DNA from: Fimicolochytrium jonesii
Lineage: Eukaryota
DNA: 64,000 nt
Direction of reading: 5' to 3'
NCBI RefSeq assembly: GCF_025526975.1
Contig: NW_026515680.1
Location: 124,001 to 188,000 of the forward strand
The notes under the pieces were generated by a model that ran no database searches, was not told where the DNA came from, and saw nothing but the letters and a program-made list of their open reading frames with translations. This document shows positions 23,459-36,500 of the stretch, in pieces. Every line of letters starts with the position of its first letter. Positions within the stretch are counted from its first letter, which is position 1. The position numbers were made by a program, and so were the translations under genes.

Positions 23459-26267
23459 TTTGTCGGTGTGGTGGATGTTGAAGAAGAGGGGTGTGAAGTT
23501 GACTGTTATGGGGACGAGAGTGGAAGAGTTGGACAGCCTGACTTTTGGACAGCTCGAGTCGGGGGAGTGTTATCCTTGTATCGGCTCGGGAGCATGACTT
23601 CCTTGATGTCTCTCCTCCCCACTCGGTATGGTCGGCCTGTCTGAGGTGTCCAGGCTTTGCAACGGGCCCTGCCCCTTGATTGTGTCCGTGTCGTGCGTAA
23701 GCTTCCCCCCCTTATATTCTGCTATTTGCTCCCTGATTGTATCAGCTGCTCGCTGGATTACGAACGTGAAGACATCTGGGGTGTCGGAAGCCCATCGTTG
23801 CCTATGGTCGGACTGGTTGAATTAGTGCTGAGCCCTTGCACGACGTCGGGCCTTTGACCATCGTCCCTGCGCGGCCGTTTCCTGGGTGGACCAAGTTCGT
23901 CCGACGATCGTTCCTATGAAGTAACAACGTGAGCGATTGAGATGTTGGCCATGAACACCGTGGTGCTCCGATATGCGTACTGAGGTAACTGTTCTCGCTC
24001 TGTGGGCGGAAGGCCGATGTCGCTATTGCACTGAACGCATCGCTGCATGCCATCTGTCGCTGTTCTCGAAAATATCCTCGTCCTCGTTGATGACCTCGGA
24101 CGAAGGGTAACGAAATCCCTCGACAACCGTGTCCTGGAAGGACACGCCCGGGTGCTCGACCGTGGAGTATACGAAGGTTCCGCAAGTTCTCGAGATGTTC
24201 TGAGGGTCTGGCATCCACTTGATTTCCAAGTCTGTGAATGCTGTTTCCTTCTTGCGAGCCGCCTGCAAGTCCGCTGTGCGGAGCCCCTGATGTTCCCTCA
24301 GTAATGACCACATCGTGGTACAGATGAGCCCAGGATTGTAGAACCTTCCTAGATTCACAAAGCGATGACCTGGGACGAGGAGACTCCGCATGGATCTCAT
24401 CGGCAGGTGCCAGGTCGATGTGTGAAGATACTCTTAAGGGCGTCTTGAGAGAATATACGACCATGTCAATGTGATCCACTGACGGATCACTGGGCACGAG
24501 AGCAATTCCAACATCGGCGGGTGTCCGAGGTAACGATCCGTTATGACCGAATTCAGCTTGTGACCGAGGAAAGCCAGTTCGAGCAACGGGAAGACGATGC
24601 CGGTGTACTTGTACCATACCTCCCCTTCGGGCTCAACCTTTCCCGAGGTCACATAAGTCAGGAAACTTTCTTTCTGCCAAGTTTCAGATATTTCTGCGCT
24701 TGCTTGACGAGTCCTGCATTTGCAACCCGAGACGGACTCACTCGCAGAATCGCTGGCACATACCCAGGGACGCTCCTTCTTCACAACAGCATCGCCGCCT
24801 GTACCGATAAGCGTGGAAAGTGCCCAGAAGTTGTCGCCGAAAAGCTCCCATAACGCTTCCCGCTGCTTGTGGGTCATCAGCTTGTGGAGGCGTAATTTTG
24901 TCAGATGCGAGATGTAACGTTTGAGCTCGCTGAATGTGTCTCCGTCTAAGTTGGCGAGCGAACGGATGCACTTCCCGCGAAGGCGACCAATGGTCGCGAT
25001 GTCTTCCGAAGCGATGATGAAAGACCTCACGGCGTCTCGATTTCGTCGGCACACCGCAAGGGCGCGGCGGCGGTGCGACTGGCTCGGGGGTACTGTCCTC
25101 ATGAAGGGGCGGCGTCTCCTGAGTAGGCAGAGCATTCGGTTAGAGGCAAGTGAGGTCATTTATGCGCGACTAACGTGCCTACCGAGCGTTGCTCTTCCTT
25201 TTCCTTTGAACTAGGACCGGTGGTCGGACCAGCGGCTCGTTTACCCTTCCCCTTTGCGAGCGTGGCAAGAGTGGTGGGGGTAGCAGCGGAAGTATGAGCC
25301 ATACTGAGTGTTATGGCGAGTGTAAGGAAGTGCTTATGGAGGGAAGCGACTGGTGGAACTCATGACATGCGGTATCAAAGGCCCAGGGGAAGAGAACGCT
25401 TTTTGCAGTTGTTAGACCGCGTTGTCCCCACCAATTTTTTCGCTGCAAGCGCTTGAGAAGTAGCGCTTGAGACGTGGTGGAGAGAGTGCATAGCTTCAGC
25501 CGCTGGCTGTTGCTGGAACAGACAGCCCGATTGAAGTTCAGAATGTGCTTGGAAGGGGAGGCCATCCGCCTGTCGGTATGGAGTGTGCCAACGGGCGTAC
25601 AAAGCGGGACACAGTCTTGGTTGAGGAATATTCGACCGAGAACCTCTTGATGCCCCGATCGATCGCACAATTGACCGTAGGAGCGCTGCGTCATGGCGAG
25701 CGGTCAGAGAGATATTGTAATGGGTCTCTCCAGCGAGGACGGAGAAACGTTGGATGGACCGCCCGATGTAGATGAATTTTATTGACTGACACCTGTCGAA
25801 AGTTGCAGAGTGAGGCTCGTGTTTCCAAGAGGAGCAACAGGCTCGTGGGGTCGTTGTCTGGGAGAGCTCTCCCTATAGTTCTCCCGGTCGAGAGGGTGTT
25901 CAGATAGAGGGAGAAGTATCGCTATGGCTGCCAGTCGGTCGTAGATCGGTCTGAGATGGGGTTGTTGCGAAGGCCATCATCGAGAGGGGGGAGCCACTAT
26001 TGAATGCGAGGTCGTGTGCCACATGCGCCACGCCCGCGCCACTCGCTGTGGCTTGTTTCTCCCTTTCGCCTCTTTCCGCCCTCCCGCTCTGTGCGGTCCC
26101 CTTCTGGCTGGAAGTTTTCTGAACACCCACCCACCCCCCTTGGAGACTCATTGGACCGCCGCATACGGACTCATAGTGCCCACCTGCAAGGCTCCAGTAC
26201 TCCTCCCACAGAAAAGTCATAAGCGGGTCTATCTACAGTCCCTGGTTATCACAACACAGTCGCAACA

Positions 26268-28017
26268 ATGGGCAAGTCGTCGAAAGCAGAAACCAAACCC
26301 CAGGAGGTCGACTATATGATCAAGCCCTCCTCCGTCACACCGGCGCTGGACACCTCTGACTGGCCTTTGCTCCTCAAGGTGGGTTAGCAACTCGTTGGGG
26401 ATTTTGAGTAAGGGAGGAGTTGTGTGAAGGAGGCTAATTTCCCTTCCACGCCCGCTAGAACTACGACAAACTGAATGTTCGCACTGGACACTACACCCCC
26501 ATTCCCAACGGTTGCTCGCCACTGAAACGTGACATTGAGAACTACGTCAAATACGGTGTGATTAACCTCGACAAACCCGCCAACCCATCGTCCCACGAAG
26601 TTGTCGCATGGATTCGTAGGATTCTGAGGGCCGAAAAGACCGGTCACTCTGGAACCCTTGACCCTAAGGTTACGGGATGTTTGATTGTTTGCATTGACCG
26701 TGCTACTCGTTTGGTCAAGTCGCAACAGGGTGCTGGTGCGTTACTTCCAGGATCACGTCGTCAAATGCGGGGAATCACCTCGGCTAACGTTTGCTCATGA
26801 TCCATAGGAAAGGAGTATGTTGCCGTCCTCCGTCTCCACGATGCCATCGAATCCGAAAAGAAGCTGGCACAATCTCTGGAAACCCTCACGGGAGCCCTCT
26901 TCCAGCGTCCCCCATTGATCTCCGCCGTCAAGCGTCAACTGCGTATCCGTACCATCCACGAGCTCAAGCTCGTCGAGTTCGACAACGACCGCCACCTCGG
27001 GGTGTTTTGGGTCAGCTGTGAGGCCGGTACCTACATCCGTACCCTTTGTGTGCACTTGGGTCTTTTGCTCGGTGTGGGAGGTCACATGCAGGAACTGCGT
27101 CGTGTACGCTCGGGAGCTACGGGAGAGCATGACAACTTGGTGACAATGCACGATATTTTGGACGCTCAGTGGGTGTACGATAACACCAAGGATGGTAGGG
27201 AAACACTATTCTCAATGTATGGTTACGCATGCAAGTACGGCAGCTCACCTTTCCATTTCATATGCACAGAATCTTACCTCCGCCGCGCCATCCGGCCCCT
27301 CGAGTCCCTCCTGACAACCTACAAGCGCATCGTCGTAAAAGACAGCGCGGTCAACGCCATCTGCTACGGCGCCAAGCTCATGATCCCCGGTCTCCTCCGC
27401 TTCGAGTCCGGCGTCGACATCAACGAGGAGGTCGTGCTCATGACCACAAAAGGTGAAGCCATCGCCCTCGCCATCGCCCAGATGTCCACCGCCGAAATGG
27501 CCACCTGCGATCACGGCGTCGTTGCCAAGATCAAGCGTGTCATCATGGAGCGCGATACCTACCCGCGACGATGGGGATTGGGACCGAAAGCTCAGGAGAA
27601 GAAGAAGCTGATCAAGGACGGACACTTGGACAAGTTTGGACGACCTAATGAGACGACGCCTGCGACGTGGAAGAAGGACTTTGTTGACTACTCCGCTGGT
27701 CAAGTCGACACGGCCAAGCCGAAGGTTGACTCGGTCTCGGCGCCGGCGCCGGCGTCTCCCGCCAAGCCGTTGATTGAGGAGGTCAAGTCGAAGAAGAGGA
27801 AAGCGGAGGAGGAGGAGCCATCACCGGAGGGAGATGATAAGGAGAAGAAGAAGAAGAAGAAGAAGAAGGATGCTGAGGGTGATGCTGATGATGTACGTTT
27901 ATGGGGAAGCCGTACCACTTTCTGCGCTTTCCGATGAAGATGCTCACATCATTTTGTTGGATTCAACAGGACAAGACAGAAAAGAAGAAGAAGAAGAAGA
28001 AGTCCAAGGACGAATAA
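26268..28017 (+). CDS. CBF5: H/ACA snoRNP pseudouridine synthase (dyskerin/Cbf5)
   Basis: [57 protein letters not shown] domain; Lys-rich tail. Confidence 0.98.
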
Positions 28018-28568
28018 GCCTTACATACCACACCACACACCACCACCGCCACCACCACGCCACTCCCCACAATTCCTCCCACTATTGGACTCGACCATCT
28101 CTTCATCCCCCTACAATATCGTAGAGCTGTCTCGCATGTTGCATTCCATTTTTTTCTTCTTTGTATACTATCTTTTTTCTCGGCGTCTCTGTCTGGGTCT
28201 GGGCTTCTGGTCTAAAAATGAAATAAGTCTCCTATTTACATGCGGTGTGTGCAGTACGTTTGTTCCTTGGGGTGTGTTGGTCGATGTTGAGCAGGGAGAA
28301 CGCGTCCGAAACACCTTCGGACAAACTGCCCCCTTCTCCCCTTCCTCTCCACAATCACACTTCTGAATGGACTGCGGACCGTCGTCGTTCTGCAAGGGAA
28401 CCGATCTGTAAATACACACTTAATCCCGGCTGGCACCGGCGTACCTTCACAGGCCAGGTCTTCCAATATCGCATCACCGTTGTGTTCACTCAACAACTCG
28501 ATATCACACCTTGGAGGACAACACCGCAAAAAGAACACAACCCCTGTTCGGAAACAACATTAGCAGCG

Positions 28569-31500
28569 ATGGACAGCAGGATAGTCCCCCGGGGCTTCTT
28601 GTCCTTGTCCCGTCTGCCTCGGCCGGTTGGCTGGCGACGGTCGTTGGCGAAATGCGTGAGGGCGAGAAGGGGGTTTGCTACCATGGACGGGGTTGGGAAT
28701 GAAAATGGTAGGTGTCTGCTTGCCCATTCAGGAGCCAACAAAAGTCTGATCCCATCTCCCCCCCCTAGCACCCACCCCTCGCAAAAACGGCATCGGCATC
28801 CAAATGATCTCCCACTACCTCCACTCCACCCTCTTCCCCTCCCACAAACCGACCCAAAAACCCTGGCAGCTCGCCCTCGCCCAACAGCACCTCAGCACAC
28901 ACAACCTGCTCAACAAAGCCCTCGACGTCACGCCCGACCCCAACATCGACCTGCCCCCGCTTGTTGGGGCTGATATGAAGGAGCATATACGTGTGTTGGG
29001 TGAGGAGCAGGCTGCGGGGTATTTGAGGCTGGCGGAGGGGTTTATGAGGGAGGGGTTGCCGCCGTTACCCGAGACGTGGAGACAAGGTCCGAAAGCGGAG
29101 GGCTGGGTGCGGTACGATACCCGCAAGAAAAGTTACGTGACGAAATCGGTGCCGTACCCCGACGACGACGCGCTGGTGTTTGATACCGAAGTGTTGTATA
29201 AGATTGGCGGCTTTCCCGTCATTGCAGTCGCCGCGTCCAGCAGGTACTGGTATGCGTGGACGACGCCCGGGTTGTTCTCGGGCAAAGATCCGGAGAATTT
29301 CGTGCCGAGGACTTTGATACCGCTTGGACCCCATGATCGAAAAAGGATCGTTGTGGGGCATCATGTTGCGTATGATCGCGCGAGGATACTGGAGGAGTAT
29401 AGGCTGGAGGGCACGGAGTTTGGGTTCGTGGATACGTTGAGTATGCATTCGGCGGTGGGTGGGTTGTCGACGCAGCAGCGGCCCGCATGGATTATGAGGA
29501 AGCAGCAGGATAGGATTGCGAAGTTGCAGCAGGGGGATCTTGATGGGGCGAGCGGGGAGGTTGGGGGTGGGGATGGCGGGAAGGCGGAAGGGACGGCGGA
29601 AGGGAAACGCCGGAAGAAGGACGTTGGTGAGGCTGGAGAGGCCCCGCAGAGTGTTGATGGTGGGAAGGAGGCGGAAGCGAAGAAGGAACCGAGACCCTCC
29701 ACCACCCGCCCAGGGGTACTCAAGCCTACTGGGCCGGACATGCCCACCTTGGAAGAATTCCAGGAACCAGGCACGACCACGACGTCCTGGGAAGACGTCT
29801 CCTCCCTCAACAACATGGGGCACATCGCGGAACTCTACCTCGGCGAACAAGTCGACAAGTCCGTCCGCAAAGATTTTGAAACCACCGACCCGCGCACCGT
29901 CATCGACAACTTCCAAGAACTCATGTCCTACTGCGCTAAAGACGTCGACGTCACCCACCGGCTCTTCAAAGCCATCATGCCGCGCTTCCGCGCCAAGTGC
30001 CCGCACCCGGCCTCGTTTGCCGGGATGCTGCATATGGGGAAGGGGTACCTCCCCATCTCGGACGACTGGAACAAGTACGTGAGGGACTCGGAGGCAAAGT
30101 TCCAGGAGTTTCACCAGGATATCCATGTGCGGTTGACGCGGTTGGTGGATGAGGCGGTGGAGAAGGGGAAGGATGGGAGTTGGAAGAGTGATCCGTGGCT
30201 GTCGCAGTTGGATTGGACCATTCAGGAAGCGAAGTTTACAAAGGCGGGGAAACCGGCGAGGCAGCAGGGGTTACCCGGCAAACCGAAATGGTACAGCGAT
30301 CTGTGGGATAAGAAGACCGGCTCGTTGAACATCTCGCTGCGGACACGGATCACGCCTTACCTGCTCGCGCTGCAGTGGAAGAAATATCCGCTGTACTATA
30401 TCTCCGCATTCGGGTGGACATACGTCGTCCCGAAAGGCGAGGTGGTCGACGGCGGGCAGGACACCCAGCGGCTGCGGTTCTCGGACAAGCCCGGCGAGCG
30501 GACCTACGACCCCCGCGCGTCGCATGATACCACGCACGACTATTTCCGCGTGCCGCATCCAGGCGGCGACGGCGCGAACTGCGGGTCGCCGTTATCCAAA
30601 TCGTTCATGACAGCGTTTGAGAACGGGACCCTGACGAGCACGTACGAGGGGGCGCGGCATATCCTGTCCCTGAGCTCGCAGTGCACGTACTGGTTGAGTG
30701 CGAAACAGCGGGTGAATTCGCAGTTTGTGATCTGGGAACGGGATCTGAAGGGTTTACCGGGCGGTGTGCCCAAGATGCCGGAGGGGAAGGGGTATGGGGT
30801 CATCTTACCGCAGTCGATTACGATGGGCACGGTTACCAGGCGTGCGGTGGAGGGGACGTGGATGACTGCTGCGAATGCCAAGAAGAATCGGATCGGGACC
30901 GAGTTGAAGTGCCAGGTGCAGGCGCCGCCCGGGTATAAGATGGTTGGCGCGGACGTGGACTCTGAGGAACTGTGGATTGCGAGTCTGTTGGGCGACGCGC
31001 AGTTTAATATGCACGGCGCGACCGCGATCGGGTTCATGACTCTGCAAGGGAGTAAAGTCAACAAGACGGACTTGCATACGGTCACGGGCAACATCCTCGG
31101 CACCTCGCGCGACAACGCCAAAGTCTTCAACTACTCCCGAATCTACGGCGCAGGTATCAAATACGCCGTTCAACTCCTCCTCCAAGCCTCCCCCGGGCTC
31201 GCCAAGGACGTTGCGTTGCAAAAGGCAGAGCAGCTGTATAGGTCCACAAAGGGGTTGAGGAGTAAAGGGAGGCAGATTTGGGAGGTGGATGATGCGAAGA
31301 CAAGTGTGCAGTATTATCATGGCGGGACTGAGAGTTTTATGTTCAATCAGTTGGAAAGGATTGGGACGTCAAGGAGGCCGAAGACGCCGGTGTTGGGGTG
31401 TGAGATTCCGAGTAGTTTGATGCCGGAGTTTGTGGGACCGCATGTAAGGGGTTTGCTGTGTTTGGAGTGATGTCCAGTCGTGTACTGATTTTTCGTTTTC

Positions 31501-33076
31501 TTTGCGATTGATATAGTACATGACATCCCGCGTAAACTGGGCCGTCCAATCCTCCGGCGTCGACTACCTCCACCTCGTCCTCGTCTCCATGTCCTACCTC
31601 ACGCGCCGCCTGAACATCTCCACACGTTTCATGCTCTCCATCCACGACGAGGTGCGGTTCCTCGTTAAAGACGAGCACGCCATGCTCGCCGCGCTGTGTT
31701 TGCAGATCTCCAACCTATGGGTTCGCGCCATCTTTGCGGAGAGCGTCGGGATCCGCGATTTGCCGTCCTCTGTTGCGTTCTTTTCGTCGGTGGATGTGGA
31801 TCATGTGTTGAGGAAGGAGGTGGATATGGATTGTGTGACGCCGAGTAATACGGTGCCTGTGGCGCCGGGGAAGAGCGTGGATGTGTTTAAGGTCGTGGAG
31901 GAGGTTGAGGAGTGGAAACGCGTGAATGGGGTCACGGGTAGTTTGTGGGCTGGGAAGGAGGTGCCGGGGGTGTTGGCGGTGCAGAAACGGGTGTTGGAGG
32001 ACAAGTTCAGGCAGGAGAGGGAGCGGGAGGCACTTAAGCAGAAACTTGGGCCGCGGTTTGCGACGCTTGTCACTGGCGACGCGACGAAGAAAAGGGAGGG
32101 TAGCGATGCCGATGAGACGCACCTGCGGTTCTTGCAAGCCAAGGAAGCGATGGACAGTGCGCGGATCCGGCTGCAGATGGCGGCGACGAAAGATGAAGCT
32201 GAGGAGGAGTTGCAGACGTATTACAATAGAGTGAAGGCGGTGGCGAGCTTTACGAAGGGCCCCAGACCGAAGATTGAGCGGAACCCGAGGACGGGACCGG
32301 GCGTGGAGGTTGTGGAAAAGGAGGAGGCGGGAGGGGATGCGCGGAAAGGATCGCTGACGGGTGGAGGCGAGCGGAAGGGGGAGACGGTTGGGACTGCGGG
32401 AAAGAGAGCCGTCGAGCGGAAATTGGAAACGAGTGCGAATTCTACGCAGACACGCGATGTGGTTGCCAAATGGAAGGCGGCACAAGCAACGCAGTCATCG
32501 TCGTCGTCGACCCAACCACCCCTCGCGTCCGCTCCACCGAAATCCACGAAATACGCAAGAAAAGCGAAAGCGCGCGAAGTCCGTCTCACAGAAAAAGACG
32601 CGGAGTTTGTGGAGCCCCAAGTGGAACCCCCGCGGCACAGACAGAGGGGAGAACGAGCGCCTGCGCAGACTGGCAACGCGGTGAAGGAGGATACGGCGTC
32701 CTTGTATGGATCGGCTTTTGATAGCATCTCACCGGCGGTCGAGCCCACTCCACCCGCGGAAGCACCGGCACCAAAGGATCCCAACAATTTCGCGTGGGTC
32801 CTTGACCAAACGACGAAGAATGAAGTGCGCCAAAAGGAAGACAAAGCTGAGAAGGTGGAGGAGATCAAAAATAAGACGTATGGGAAACAGAAAAGCTCTT
32901 CGAAACCTACGGACGACGACGACATAGGGCCTGGGCACGTTATCTTTTCGAACCCACGGATTGATGATTGGGACGGGAATGGACGGAAGTACCGGTATCG
33001 TGAGGGTGACCATCATCGCGGAATCCGGATTATCCCACCAGGGGGCACGGGACAATTCATGAGTCGTTTGAGGTGA
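28569..33076 (+). CDS. MIP1: Mitochondrial DNA polymerase gamma
   Basis: Arg-rich presequence; exonuclease motifs LVFDTEV and VGHHVAYDRAR; polymerase motifs GADVDSEELWIA, AKVFNYSRIYGAG and SIHDEVRF; TSRVNWAVQSSGVDYLH. Confidence 0.97.
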
Positions 33077-33570
33077 AGGGTGGAAGGAGGGTGGATTATG
33101 GCGATGGCAGTGGGGTGTGTATATATGTTTATAGGTACTTTTCCTCCGTTTTTCGACCTCAACCTGAGCGGCTTTTCTGGGAGCCCGGGAGGGAGGGGGT
33201 AACTAAACCTTTTGTACATAATGATGTTCTCGTTTGGGGTTTGTGAACATGGCTTTTCCTGCCCGACCTTTCTCGATCGTTGTCGAAGTTGGGGCCGCTC
33301 ACGTCACGTCTTTGTTTCTTGTCGGACGCGTCGCGAGGTGTTCTTTCGCATCCAGATCAGTTCTCGCTCGAGACGCTCCTTCTTGCTCTCGCTTAAACAG
33401 ACGGCAGAGACTAACCCCCATAAACAGCTCTCTCGACGCAGCCTCCTCTATTCCAGGACTCGCTGGATACATAGCTGTAGTGTCAGTTGCAGTTTTTGTC
33501 GCTCTTGCACGCATTCCAACGCGCCATTCAGCTCCCATTTCAATTTCAGGTGGGAAAACCAATTAGCAGA

Positions 33571-36500
33571 ATGGGCAACGGCAGTTCTCGTCTGCAACCA
33601 ACCTCCAAGCAGCGTGAGTCAATTTGCATGAATGGTACTCCCATCACGATCTGCTGAAAGCCCAGCGTCTCCTCCTTCCAGTAACGATAGACCAAATATG
33701 CCTGAAAGACGCCACCGACAGCATCACACTCCACTTCCCGTCCACCCCCGACAACACAAGCACCGTGCAGGTCTCCGCCCAACAAACCCCCAAGGGAACT
33801 TTCAAGCTCGCCTCCCTCATCGATGACCCGGACCCCGCCAATCCTACACAATGGAAATCCGTGCAGTCTCTCGCGCGGCTCAGCGCCGCGGGGATAAACC
33901 GGTTGAAGGGACGGGATCTGACGCTGACGATCGATTATAGTGATGTGTTGGAGGCGGATGTGACGTTCAGGATAGCGGGCGAGGCGCCGAGGGGTTTGGT
34001 GTTTTTGAATGCTGAAAGTGCAGGTGTGTGGGACGTTACTGAGGTGTGGACTGTATGGCGAAGATGGGGGGCTCTGACGGACGCTCGTGTGTTTGTGCAG
34101 CGGAGAGACAACATCTGATGAGTAGAGCCAACGAGCTGGCCTCGGGGGTGGGTTCGCCGTCTTCCATCGATGCATTGCTTCGCTTGGTTTGCAGCGTATT
34201 GACGTGAACCGCCCATCGCAGGCTCCATCACCAAGCGTCATCTTCCCTGAGCTACGACCTCGCGACGACGCAAAGGATGGGGTCCAGTACCTGGACTGGC
34301 ACTGGAGGTACGAGGCGCCGCTGACTTCGGGGAAAGGCGACGTCAAGAGCGAGCTGCTACCGCCGACGGGCGGGTGGAAGAACTTCTGTTGTGTAAGATA
34401 TTGGGGGAACGTTAGGAAGTGGGTAACCTCCCTGATGCTAAAAGATCGTCGACCCTCCAGATAGGGGAATGTGTGCCTGATACCAAGCATTTCCGCGCAT
34501 TGCTCGTCTTTGAGTTTTTCATTTCTTGTAAGTACGATGTATGGGGAGGTTCGTAGCGGTTCACATGGATCGCTAAACCTGTAGCCGACCATTATGTAGC
34601 AGTCACAGCCCCTTTCCTACGGCAAAGCAGCCAAGGCTCCACCATGACCATCGACTCGGCATTCCACCGGCGTCCATCATCAGCAGGCCTGTTCGACAAC
34701 TCCCCACTCTCCGCCCCCGGACAAGAACACGAACCTGGGTCCGGCGTGTCCCCACTCTCCGCACAATCCTCATTCTCGTCCCCCGTCATCCTCAGCCCCT
34801 CCCTGCCAGCGCACCACCACCACCCCCAGAACGGCGCACCACCCACCGCGACGGCAGTGACCCTCCAACAGCACCGCCGCGAACTCTCCAGCACCTCCGC
34901 CGGCTCAATGACAAACCTGGAAGAGGTCGATGATGAGCCCGCATTCCGACACACCCTCGAAACGCTCGAGAAAAAGACGAGCGCGCTTAAACTCGCCGTC
35001 AAGAAAACGAGGAAGGATCTTTTGGGATACATGGACGCCGGCCGCGCGTTCGTGCAGACGGGCAATGAACTCATCGAGGGAATCGGGCATATCACCATCG
35101 TCGATCCCACGGTGGTCAACGTCCTCAACGACGTGTCCTCCGTCGTTGAGCGGCAGATGGACGTTATGCTCCAGCAGGTCGAGAACCTCCTCCTCGTGCA
35201 GTTCGACGCGGTTTACGATCGGATAAAAGAGACCGAGCGGCAAAAAAAGATCTTTGAACAGGACCTCAAAGAATTCAATTCATCCGAACACAAATACCTC
35301 TCCATCAACAAAACGCAAAAAGGCAAACTCTCCGACGTGGACATGAAATGGCAGGAAAAGAAGAAAACGTATGAGTTGAAACGGCTGGATTATTACTGTC
35401 ACCTTAAAGATCTGCACGGCCTGCACACGGGGCGGATCGTCGACATGCAGTTGATCATGCTCGGCGAGAAGCAGCTCACGTTTTATAAATCCATTTCGGA
35501 GAAACTCGCCAAGAAATCCGACGAGCTCTCAACGCTTTCCGAGAAATGGAAAGTCAACGATCGTCCAAATGAAGAACGCCGGGAACGTGAGGAGCGCAGG
35601 AAATTGATCGAGTCCAAAGCGCAGTCCTATGTGGAGGGCGGGGTCGGGTTCGACGCGGCGTTGAGCGATCAGGAGGATGAGGCCACGGCAAAATTCAAAG
35701 GGATCAGGGATCTGAGCCAGACTAATGACCCAGAGTTGGCGCTGATGGGGAGGCGAAGGAAAGGGTACCTATGGGTCGGGAACGCGGGGGACCACCGACT
35801 TCCCCATGGACAACCAAAAGGCGGGCCCGGCGGCCAGCTCAAGAAGATGTGGTGTGTACTGCAAAAAGGTCACCTGAAAGAATACAACCTGAAACGCAAC
35901 CACCCCGAAGAAACGCACTCCACCAACCTCCGTCTCTGCTCCATCCGCTCCTCCACCAACGTCGACCGCCGGTTCTCGTTTGAGCTTATCAATGGCGCGA
36001 CGGGAACGCGGCGGCTGTACCAGGCTACCGATGCGGAGGATATGAAGGCGTGGATGGCGGTGTTGCAAAATAGTATACAGGCGCAGATTACGGGGATTAG
36101 GAGTGAGATTGAGAATTTTGCGCCCGATCATGTGGTGGCTCCGGGGGAGCAGGGGTTGTTGGAGGTTATGAGGGAGGCGGATCCGGGGAATTCTGGTAGG
36201 TATAGGGATAGCCGGATTTGGAGCAGGGTTTTTGGTGGGGTTTTGGAGATGATTGATGGGCGCTGATTTTATAATATTGGCGAACTAACGCTATTCTCCA
36301 CTAGTGTGCGCCGAATGCGGAATGCAAAATCCGGAATGGATGAGCATCAATCTAGGCTGTGTCATTTGTCTAGGTGAGTTGAAGGCTTATTTCTTTATCA
36401 CAAACACTCACAAACCTAGCTGGTGGTAACTTCCTTCCAACACGGAACAGAATGCTCCGGCGTACATCGGAATCTGGGTACACACATCACAAAGGTGCGT

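Larger units (their letters stand above)
10800..25800 (-). mobile_element. Decayed large DNA element or endogenous viral relic (boundaries approximate)
   Basis: ~15 kb without intact host genes. Co-oriented minus-strand gene fragments (RING, H3-H4, alpha-kinase, TnpB/Fanzor, CUE, TET/JBP) with many stops and frameshifts. Lacks the alternating C-rich/G-rich blocks of flanking genes. No TIR or TSD found by eye. Confidence 0.6.

Noticed and set aside
10740..26100. Terminal inverted repeats, LTRs or target-site duplication for the island
   Set aside because: Manual comparison of 10.7-11.5 kb with 25.7-26.1 kb found no convincing match, so boundaries remain approximate.
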